A program made the translations under genes and the position numbers. From a virus (lineage: Duplodnaviria > Caudoviricetes): 64,000 bases of DNA. Position 1 is the first letter of the stretch; each line of letters starts with the position of its first letter. Shown here piece after piece: positions 56,609 to 64,000 of this stretch. Below the pieces are notes generated by a model. That model saw only the letters and a list, made by a program, of their open reading frames with translations, did no database searches and was not told the DNA's origin. The stretch covers positions 1-64,000 of IMG/VR virus record IMGVR_UViG_3300001580_001418, one strand, 5' to 3'.

Positions 56609-57729
56609 CCTAATCCCTCCACTAAACCCTTCACTTTGTCCGGCGTATAGCCATGCTTTTCAGTCCATGGCTTGTGCCACTCAAATCGTTCCTTCGGAAA
56701 ATATTTCATGTTTACCAATTCGGCGGCTCTATCAAACGTCTTTTTCGCAAAAGACGGGTTACTCATCATCGAAGCCAGTCTCTTCTCGAGAGCCGGCCTA
56801 TTCGAAAGCAATCTCTTGACGGCAGCTTTAACTTCCATCGGAATGGGCCTATCTTCCACCATCGGAATCGTTGACGATACGATCTTATCAGACTTCCAGA
56901 ACGTCAGCGCATTATCGATTGCCCACGTCTTACCGTTCTTGTCAACAACGTAATTCCCTGGATGCCTGTCTTGGTTTCCGATGATAAAATCGAAAGCAGT
57001 GATCTTCGCCATATCGACATACTTAAACTTTCCACCCGCAGCAATATGCTTTGACCCAATCTGTCCTTCAACAAAGTGCATCACACTGCCTTTCTCTTTC
57101 CCTTTGCCCCTTCCAACATCCACCTCTCTGTAAACAACAGGCGGAACAACACCAAAGCCAAGCATCTTGTCGAACTCGTACGCAGCTACTTCCTTCCGCG
57201 CTCTGTTGTCCATCGTCTTAAAAACACCCTTACGTCCATCCACGTTCATGACAAAGGTCGGTGTGACTCCTCCGCCAAGACTTTTCACGTTTGAAATAAC
57301 ACCAGTCGTAAGATCCTTCTGCACTTTCATCTGGATCTCAGTCTTAAGCCCTACAGATGAAGCCACGCTGCTGGCATTCAAGCCAACCTTCGTTGATGCA
57401 ACCGCGCTACCACTACTCAGTCCAGCCTTCGTTAATGCCCTCTGGTATCGTCCTTCTGGCTGACCAGGATACTTGCTCTTAATATACGAGAGCGCCTGAG
57501 CAGAATCACCGATACCTTTACTCTTGATCTTCGTTGCCATTTCACGCGAATAAACTCGTTTCTCTCCGCCAACAACGTGAGCAGAAATTCCACCACTACC
57601 GCCACCACCACCCAACGAACCACCTTTCATTCCTGGACGCCCTTTGTGCCCCCAATTGCCTGAGCCTGGACCGCCTTCAAGAATTTCCGCAGACAAATCC
57701 TTTATCAGTGCATATTCAGCCAACAACAT
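56548..57729 (-). CDS. HipA/PI3-PI4K-like kinase carrying the GG.GSGN tag
   Basis: GVFK, EVAAY, FDFIIGNQDRHPGN, AIDN; EILEGGPGSGNWGHKGRPG. Confidence 0.8.
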   Translation of the reverse strand: MLLAEYALIKDLSAEILEGGPGSGNWGHKGRPGMKGGSLGGGGGSGGISAHVVGGEKRVYSREMATKIKSKGIGDSAQALSYIKSKYPGQPEGRYQRALTKAGLSSGSAVASTKVGLNASSVASSVGLKTEIQMKVQKDLTTGVISNVKSLGGGVTPTFVMNVDGRKGVFKTMDNRARKEVAAYEFDKMLGFGVVPPVVYREVDVGRGKGKEKGSVMHFVEGQIGSKHIAAGGKFKYVDMAKITAFDFIIGNQDRHPGNYVVDKNGKTWAIDNALTFWKSDKIVSSTIPMVEDRPIPMEVKAAVKRLLSNRPALEKRLASMMSNPSFAKKTFDRAAELVNMKYFPKERFEWHKPWTEKHGYTPDKVKGLVEGLGWLQRLFSTGTTLRVTGTQQ

Positions 57730-57973
57730 CAATCCCCATTTCCTCGAGCGTATCGACCACCGCATCGGGATAACCGGTCTCGCCGGGTTTAACCATTTTG
57801 GTCCCATCGACAGTGACGCTCCCAACTTCATCTGAAACCTTTAACGCCATGGCTTTACCATTTAAACCAGAAAACTTCGGATTTTGAGAAACCAATCTTA
57901 CGATATTTCCCTCAATCATTAAGACCACTATCGCTGTTCCATCGCTACTTATTCCGTACTTCATCCCTTTCAT
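57716..57973 (-). CDS. Small protein downstream of MuF-peptidase (candidate immunity)
   Basis: ATGA overlap with the MuF gene. Confidence 0.55.
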   Translation of the reverse strand: MKGMKYGISSDGTAIVVLMIEGNIVRLVSQNPKFSGLNGKAMALKVSDEVGSVTVDGTKMVKPGETGYPDAVVDTLEEMGIDVVG

Positions 57974-59757
57974 GACACAAACACCTTCTTGTAGATTTCG
58001 GCTATCTTCGGGGCCTTTCTCTCAAGTCTTCCTCTGTCAACTACGTACATTGCATAACCCTCAGCAAAACCTTCGCGCGGCTTAGAAGACCCATATCTCG
58101 TAATCTTTCCCTTACTGGCATTTGCTACCCAAACGGCGCGTACAACTCCAAATATCTCCGCAACGGAATGACCGAATTCATGTAGAAACGTTGACTTTGA
58201 AACTCCACGTGCAAGCACTATCTCACCACTATTGCTATCATGGAATCCATCGACGCTTTTCCAAAGCTTACCACCAGCTCTCAGGTTGGCAAGGTCAGTA
58301 ACCTCTGCCACTCCACTCAAAAAAGTTATGGCCCTTACCTCCGTCCCGACCAGGTGTTTCTCAGGCAACATAGCCAACGTCTCATGCACAAACTTCTTAT
58401 CCGCATCACTTCCAGAAACAAGAAGTTTCTTTGAATCAAGAATCTTCTTGACCTTATCAGGCGTTAATCCATATCCACCCCTCTGCACTCTTGTGGCCGG
58501 GAAAATAACGACACCAGACTTTAGGAGCGCCCTCCCATATCTCTCCTGAGGCTGCCCAGGAAATTTATTTCTCAACACAGCTACCGCTTCGCCTAGACCA
58601 AACTTCTTACCCTGGCCTGCCATCTCACCCTTTAACCAATCGGCCATCTGACTTGATCCAATTGCCCCATGCCCAGCAATACCACCACCAGGGAGACTGC
58701 CACCACGCATCCCAGGACGACCCTTGTGCCCAAAATTACCAGAGCCGGGGCCGCCTTCGAGAAGCAATTCTTTTTTAACCTCTTCAACGATCGATTCAAC
58801 AAACTTCGTTTTCTGAACTTGCCCGCCCGGCACATAATAAATCTTGTGCTTCTCCATGAAGTCGATCATATCGGCGTTCAGATCACGACGCATCCGAATC
58901 AGTTCCTTCTTCTGATCACCACTTGTGGCACTGATCATTCCTCTAAGTCGATCAATCTCGGATGACATTTGACCAAGTTTGTCACGTTCATTGTCAGACG
59001 GTAGGCGATAACCTTGAGGCGGGGCAACCAGCTTCGGACCTTTAATGACGTACAGTTCAGGCTTTGGCTTTTCCTCCGCATACTCAAAACGGAGCTCGCA
59101 CCTGCAATTAGAAAGACAGCGCGAAGTGCCATCTCTCGGGACGGCAGGCAATGTCTTTTTTGTATATGGGCCACCCGCAGCAAGTCTGATACAGTCATCA
59201 CAATGCCTCGCCTCCCTTAAAATCCATCGAATCTTCACAAACTCAGGAGACCCATCAACCTTACCATGATGAAAAACACCATCCAGCGTCTCTGTATACA
59301 TGGACAGACGGTCTTCTATGCCCATGACCAATGCGTTCTTCTTAATGTCCTCGACGAATCTACCAAGGTATCCGAACTCTTCGGCCTCGGCACCTTTCAA
59401 CCACGTCTTGTCCTGTTCCCAAATCCCGAATGGATTCCCAACAGACTTAATTCCTAATCCATAAGCCTTCTCCCAGGCATCCTTAATCTCAGAATGCCAC
59501 AGCGTCTCCATCACTTCAGCTGTGATTTCTCCCTTCTGATAAGAACCAAGAATACCGAACAGGGCATCCTTGAACTCTTCTTTTAAGCCGTCATAATCGG
59601 AGACAGCCTGTGCAATCATCTTCTTGTCCAGATTCGTACGCAGACTTCCTATCAACCTAACAAGCGTGGACATGAGAATCGCCTTCTCGTTGGCAAACGT
59701 TCTCCGGCCACCAAATGATTTGCCTTCTGTCAGGTTGCAAGCTAATTGCAAACTCAT
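57970..59757 (-). CDS. MuF-like head morphogenesis protein with internal tag and C-terminal zincin metallopeptidase
   Basis: HCDDC...CLSNCRC; LLLEGGPGSGNFGHKGRPG; HEFGH...YG...EGFAE. Confidence 0.8.
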   Translation of the reverse strand: MSLQLACNLTEGKSFGGRRTFANEKAILMSTLVRLIGSLRTNLDKKMIAQAVSDYDGLKEEFKDALFGILGSYQKGEITAEVMETLWHSEIKDAWEKAYGLGIKSVGNPFGIWEQDKTWLKGAEAEEFGYLGRFVEDIKKNALVMGIEDRLSMYTETLDGVFHHGKVDGSPEFVKIRWILREARHCDDCIRLAAGGPYTKKTLPAVPRDGTSRCLSNCRCELRFEYAEEKPKPELYVIKGPKLVAPPQGYRLPSDNERDKLGQMSSEIDRLRGMISATSGDQKKELIRMRRDLNADMIDFMEKHKIYYVPGGQVQKTKFVESIVEEVKKELLLEGGPGSGNFGHKGRPGMRGGSLPGGGIAGHGAIGSSQMADWLKGEMAGQGKKFGLGEAVAVLRNKFPGQPQERYGRALLKSGVVIFPATRVQRGGYGLTPDKVKKILDSKKLLVSGSDADKKFVHETLAMLPEKHLVGTEVRAITFLSGVAEVTDLANLRAGGKLWKSVDGFHDSNSGEIVLARGVSKSTFLHEFGHSVAEIFGVVRAVWVANASKGKITRYGSSKPREGFAEGYAMYVVDRGRLERKAPKIAEIYKKVFVS

Positions 59758-61325
59758 CTATTAATCTCCAGGTCCACCAAATCCCTCAGCGTCTCGACAA
59801 GATTCATCATCTGCATCGTCACGATATGAAAACCATCGGATCGATTCAATCCGTTACTTCCATCTTCCTTCTGAGAAACCATCGCCAAAGGATTCAAGCC
59901 ACCTACTTGAGGGGTCGTCATTCCCGTCGCCCCGGCAGCCCTCAGTGACGGCGTTGTTGCTTTTTTAGGGGATGGTGAGGTAAGGGGTGCAGGTTTATCT
60001 TTTAATACGGCAGCAATTTCTTCATCGGGCAAGCCAAGAAAAGTCCGAAGAATGAACTCATCGCCAAGGATTTGCATATCAACCTTGTAAATCTTAGCAA
60101 CCTCGGCCTTCAGCTTCTCCATTGTCCATTTCCGCATCTCGTCAACCATCGAGATCGGCTCAAAGCTAATTTCGTACAGTCCCTTCGTTGAAGCGATGCC
60201 TCGAAGTATCAGCTGATAATCGATGATCTGGATCAAACCCGTTCGTAACGCCTTCCGAATCCTTCCAACGGTCCGCGCAAACTGAATGTCCTCTTCAACG
60301 ATCGTGGCCTTCGCCTTCACGTCTTTCTCAAGGCCAACAAATGCCTTCGGGACCTTCAACCCTGCGAACAGCTTCGTCTGGAAATATTCCACGTCTCGGA
60401 TGTTGCCAAGATTAGTTGCACCCTGCAGAACATTAACGTCAGCTTTCGATTCTTTCGTTACTCCGAGGAAAAAATCCTCTTCCGCAGACAGCGGGTTTTG
60501 GGTCGTTTCAAGCTGCCCCGTCACGGGGTTAACCATCCTCTTCTTCTTAAACTCTCTCTTTACGTCTTCGACATATGACTTTCTCTCTTCTCTGTCCAGA
60601 CCATCAACATCAACCAAAATTTTATATCTCAGATGGGACCGCGTCAGCCGACCAATCACCATCCCATCTTCCATCATTTGCAGTTGCTTATAGACCCGGC
60701 GGATCGATTTCATCACGCTCTCGCCGTAAAGTTTCTTTTGCCCACCATTCCTCCAATGAACTATCTGCCATTTCTCGAACTCAGCAACGCTAACGGTTCC
60801 GCTTTCATCCTTCTGTACGTATGGTTTTTCGGCATCACGACCATACTCATCCACTTCCCTGTGCATCATTGCCGGTTCAAGGGGCTTTAATCGGTCAATC
60901 CATCCTTCCGAATCAACAACCACCTCGTCGAACTCGTCTCCCATTTTGGATAAATTTCTTGCAGTATCCCAAATCGTCTCCTGGATCTTCGTCCTATCAA
61001 ACAGCTCGTCTATAATGTTTTGGACTCTCGGGTTCTTACTCTTCACCTCAATTGCATTACCCGTCTTCCCTTTCTCCTTTGTTGCATTGTCAGCGTACAG
61101 GTCAAGGGCTGTCGAAATTTCAGGATACTCCTCGTCCATGATCAGGTAATCGATATATTTCGCTTTCCTCGTGCGCTCAATCTTGATTTTCTTATAGTAG
61201 AGACTCGCAGCAAAGCTTTCGAAGCTGGTCTCGGTCGTCTCTTCCCTCTTCTTTGGTGGCGTGGCAAGTTTCGACAATGCCGCGCTTATCCTATCAATCA
61301 ACGGGATGTTAATTTTTACTTCCAT
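59754..61325 (-). CDS. Portal protein, T4 gp20-like
   Basis: LQMMEDGMVIGRLTR, EEDFFL, GATNLGNIRDVEYF..KL..GLKVP. Confidence 0.88.
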   Translation of the reverse strand: MEVKINIPLIDRISAALSKLATPPKKREETTETSFESFAASLYYKKIKIERTRKAKYIDYLIMDEEYPEISTALDLYADNATKEKGKTGNAIEVKSKNPRVQNIIDELFDRTKIQETIWDTARNLSKMGDEFDEVVVDSEGWIDRLKPLEPAMMHREVDEYGRDAEKPYVQKDESGTVSVAEFEKWQIVHWRNGGQKKLYGESVMKSIRRVYKQLQMMEDGMVIGRLTRSHLRYKILVDVDGLDREERKSYVEDVKREFKKKRMVNPVTGQLETTQNPLSAEEDFFLGVTKESKADVNVLQGATNLGNIRDVEYFQTKLFAGLKVPKAFVGLEKDVKAKATIVEEDIQFARTVGRIRKALRTGLIQIIDYQLILRGIASTKGLYEISFEPISMVDEMRKWTMEKLKAEVAKIYKVDMQILGDEFILRTFLGLPDEEIAAVLKDKPAPLTSPSPKKATTPSLRAAGATGMTTPQVGGLNPLAMVSQKEDGSNGLNRSDGFHIVTMQMMNLVETLRDLVDLEINR

Positions 61326-61368
61326 ATCCAATCCTTTCAATCGTTACGCATGTGCGTATTATCCGCAC

Positions 61369-61411
61369 AAAAAATAGGCGCTCCCGACAGCCCAACGCCG
61401 AAAGCGCCTAC
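61369..61411 (-). terminator. Terminator-like hairpin upstream of portal
   Basis: TAGGCGCT...AGCGCCTA with T-tracts on both sides. Confidence 0.5.
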
Positions 61412-61460
61412 AAAAAAGGAGAGACAGTGATGGTTTCGCTTATATCATACAATGCACCTT

Positions 61461-61488
61461 AACATACAAGAATTAGAAAACTTGTCAA
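61461..61488 (-). promoter_or_regulatory. Putative sigma70 promoter upstream of portal
   Basis: TTGACA-N16-TATGTT. Confidence 0.45.
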
Positions 61489-61535
61489 TACACAAAAATC
61501 CCTACCGCTACATATGCTATCAAGTGACACATAAA

Positions 61536-61712
61536 TTAAGCCTTGAACCCGTCGAGATCGACCCTCTCTCGGACGAGAATCAATTCAATCGTATGAAAAA
61601 CAGACTTGCAGTGCCGACACTTTCTCTTCCTCTTCACTAAACCATTTTTTGCCTGCCATGTTCGTAGAACCTTTTTGGGAGCACTCGTGTTCTTACATTC
61701 TGGACACTTCAT
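61536..61712 (-). CDS. 58-aa NrdR-like zinc-ribbon protein (not in ORF track)
   Basis: MKCPEC...KVLRT...VKRKRKCRHCKSVFHTIE; GGAGG RBS. Confidence 0.7.
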   Translation of the reverse strand: MKCPECKNTSAPKKVLRTWQAKNGLVKRKRKCRHCKSVFHTIELILVRERVDLDGFKA

Positions 61713-61724
61713 CCTTCCCTCCTC

Positions 61725-63686
61725 TCACTTCCCGAGTAACCATTTTGTCTCTTCCAACTTTCTTTTAATTTCATCATCAGCCGCAGATTCAGTAATCCCA
61801 AGGGACGGCGCAACGGGTTCTACCACCTTCTTCGTCTCGCAGTTATGGACCACTCCTGCAAGGCTATCCGCCATGTCCTTCGATCCACTCGGTCTGTGAT
61901 CGACCTTCCCTTTTCGCTTATTCCATTCTAACTGCCTCAGCTCGTTCACCCCGACGGGATGCAAATATCCTTTTAGCCTTGTCTCATAGAGCGCCATCTT
62001 TAATCGGCTATAGGGCTGCGTGTTAACGTCAACACTCAACTCTTCAACATTCATGCCCTTATCTTTCAACTGCTGTTGCGTGTCTTTCGATTGGAAAGAG
62101 TCCATCGTTATCAAGGCAAACCTAAATCCCATCTCCTTCAGCTCAAAAATCAACTGCCTAATATCGCCCAGGATGATCTCTCCGGCGGGGGGCGGAACAA
62201 TACGCAACCACAGATCGACATAAATCACGGGAAGCATTTCGACAAACGCTTCCCTTCTCGTTTTTGGTTCCAACGTTCCAGGTTCAATAATCTGTATCGT
62301 TCTCCAACGTGTCCTTTCCTCGTAATGGCTCGGGTGCCCCATACAAAACCCTGCCGCATCACCGCTGATCGAAGGGTCAATATGGACATAGCGTCTCGTT
62401 TTGGGATTTACTTTCGGTCTCAAGCCTTCAAACTTCACTACCCCAAGTTCATCCACTTCCTTCACCCACTGGCACAACACATCTCTCAAAACATAGGCGC
62501 CGTCCCTCAGCGTCGTTTCGTAGGCGCTAAACGGATGCCTTCGATTATCCTCATACATTTTTGCAATCATATCCCTCTTCGTAATGAATGGTTCGATCGC
62601 AACGGTGGCCTTACCCGCAAGATCTCTCAGGGATCCTTCCATGTCAATTTCGAAGTCATGTCTGAACTCAATCGGGACCGCTATCTTTTCCTCTTCCTCT
62701 CCAAGCACTTCCTCGTCTTTCGGTATTCTTCCAAGGCCGGACTCTCTGTTGAAGAAGATGATGAACTTCTCTTCGCTATAAGTACCATCGGGCTTCGTGT
62801 CCCAAACAGCATAATTCCTTACAAACACGTTCTTGTGTCCTTGATACAGGGCCGCTTTCCTTTCCATAAAATCATCTGGGTACTGAGCGCTACTTAATGC
62901 CATGAGCTTCCCGGGCAAGTTCCCGAACCTCAAATAACGTGTCTCCATCCTTCGAAGCAGTGCAGTGAACACTACTTCAGCCTGGTCATAAAGCCTCTTC
63001 CCGCCACGGAGTCTTGCCGTCTGCGATCGCTCTACGATCGGCATAAAATTCGCCTCGTCCATGGCCGCAGCAAACGTATTCATACCAATAACCTGTGACT
63101 GCGTACATGCTGCCAGCAAGACATTGTTCGGAAATCTGAGCTCGGTTGCAAAATCCTGGTACGGGAAAACGGTTCTGAAATACTCGCTTCCCTTAATCTT
63201 TCCTTTCAGTCCTTCAAAAATAACTCTCTTCGCTTGCGTGTGCGTCACCGACACGTTGGCAAAAAAGAGCTTGTCTTCCTTAACCATCCGATACGTCTTT
63301 TGGGGATTCTTTAAACACGAGACTTCATAAATAATTCTCGCAATCGCAATCTCGGAAAACGTTGACTTCCCCCAACCAATAGACCCACCGAACAACCCAA
63401 GGAAGTATTCATTTCCTGGGTCAAAAAACTCGATGAGGTCATCCACAAGCTTAGGGTAAACCGTATCAATAATCCCAAGATAGTACGGCTCCTTCAGAAA
63501 CGTATACATATCTACTGGCTTCTCAATATAATCGATGCTTCTCAGGTCATCTTCGATCTTGCTCTTTCCAATCCCAACGTACTCCTCGAGAGCTTTTATA
63601 AAAAGGTCTGCTTCTTCTGGACTCTTAAACCCACTTAACGCTTTTTCGATCAGCACAGGGTCAATCAATTTTTCTATCTCAGGCAT
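61725..63686 (-). CDS. terL: Terminase large subunit
   Basis: GGSIGWGKS, AAMDEAN, HIDP, KVDH...SKDMADS; upstream of portal. Confidence 0.9.
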   Translation of the reverse strand: MPEIEKLIDPVLIEKALSGFKSPEEADLFIKALEEYVGIGKSKIEDDLRSIDYIEKPVDMYTFLKEPYYLGIIDTVYPKLVDDLIEFFDPGNEYFLGLFGGSIGWGKSTFSEIAIARIIYEVSCLKNPQKTYRMVKEDKLFFANVSVTHTQAKRVIFEGLKGKIKGSEYFRTVFPYQDFATELRFPNNVLLAACTQSQVIGMNTFAAAMDEANFMPIVERSQTARLRGGKRLYDQAEVVFTALLRRMETRYLRFGNLPGKLMALSSAQYPDDFMERKAALYQGHKNVFVRNYAVWDTKPDGTYSEEKFIIFFNRESGLGRIPKDEEVLGEEEEKIAVPIEFRHDFEIDMEGSLRDLAGKATVAIEPFITKRDMIAKMYEDNRRHPFSAYETTLRDGAYVLRDVLCQWVKEVDELGVVKFEGLRPKVNPKTRRYVHIDPSISGDAAGFCMGHPSHYEERTRWRTIQIIEPGTLEPKTRREAFVEMLPVIYVDLWLRIVPPPAGEIILGDIRQLIFELKEMGFRFALITMDSFQSKDTQQQLKDKGMNVEELSVDVNTQPYSRLKMALYETRLKGYLHPVGVNELRQLEWNKRKGKVDHRPSGSKDMADSLAGVVHNCETKKVVEPVAPSLGITESAADDEIKRKLEETKWLLGK

Positions 63687-63724
63687 AGGCTATCCTCACA
63701 CAATTGCGTAAATTCAATACAAAC

Positions 63725-64000
63725 TTAAACGCACCGATGCGTTGACTTTCTTTCCTCTACGTAGTCACGATCAGACAAAATGCAGTTCTTCACATCATTC
63801 GTCGTTCTTTTATCAACAACCGCGTAAATTTCTTCTGACCTTACATTTCTAAAATACGGACGCATGAACCTCGGATTGAACGTCCCCATCACATCTTTAT
63901 AAACACTCGACACGGTATTCCATTTGAACGTCGACATTTCCAAATCCATCTCATACCGATCAGCAAGCCTCAAGACGTTATACTCGTACAGCCTCTTATC
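63725..64000 (-). CDS. Partial hypothetical protein (5' end probably beyond the window)
   Basis: Frame stays open to the window edge. Confidence 0.5.
   Translation of the reverse strand, partial: DKRLYEYNVLRLADRYEMDLEMSTFKWNTVSSVYKDVMGTFNPRFMRPYFRNVRSEEIYAVVDKRTTNDVKNCILSDRDYVEERKSTHRCV

Larger units (their letters stand above)
36..64000 (-). mobile_element. Prophage integrated at tRNA-Glu, continuing beyond the right edge
   Basis: att-like tRNA fragment, co-oriented phage-type early genes, and a terminase-portal-protease-capsid-neck-tail-lysis gene set. Confidence 0.9.

Noticed and set aside
61725-63686. Intein or intron in terL
   Set aside because: Continuous ORF without splice-junction motifs

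Overview
The window is the left ~64 kb of a large integrated temperate phage. It begins at an attachment site (3' half of a tRNA-Glu(CTC) plus the tRNA terminator) and runs off the right edge upstream of terL. Almost all genes are on the minus strand. From left to right it holds: (i) an att-proximal type II restriction-modification cargo; (ii) about 18 kb of early/accessory genes (SNF2-like helicase, DUF6094-like methyltransferase, DUF2958, DUF932, DUF6745, HNH); (iii) a ~1 kb non-coding control region; (iv) a 4.1 kb IS1-like element with terminal inverted repeats carrying HigBA, a truncated transposase and a ParA-like ATPase; (v) a virion operon with T4-like portal, protease and major capsid, siphovirus-like neck and tail genes, a tandem array of six tail-fibre-like paralogs, glycosyl/methyltransferases and a lysis cassette. 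Three things stand out. First, four head-module proteins (MuF-metallopeptidase, a HipA/PI3K-like kinase and two basic proteins) share a tag '(L/F)E-GGxGSGNxGHKGRPGxxGGS' behind a likely prohead-protease site, and each is followed by a small gene, suggesting a modular virion-packaged effector system. Second, a TTGCAA-N5-TTGCAA site recurs about every 4-7 kb over most of the element, with a phased cluster in the non-coding region. Third, a TACGC-N4-GCGTA operator-like palindrome sits just upstream of many gene starts. All calls come from manual motif recognition; no searches were run. No integrase, repressor or DNA polymerase gene was seen in the window.
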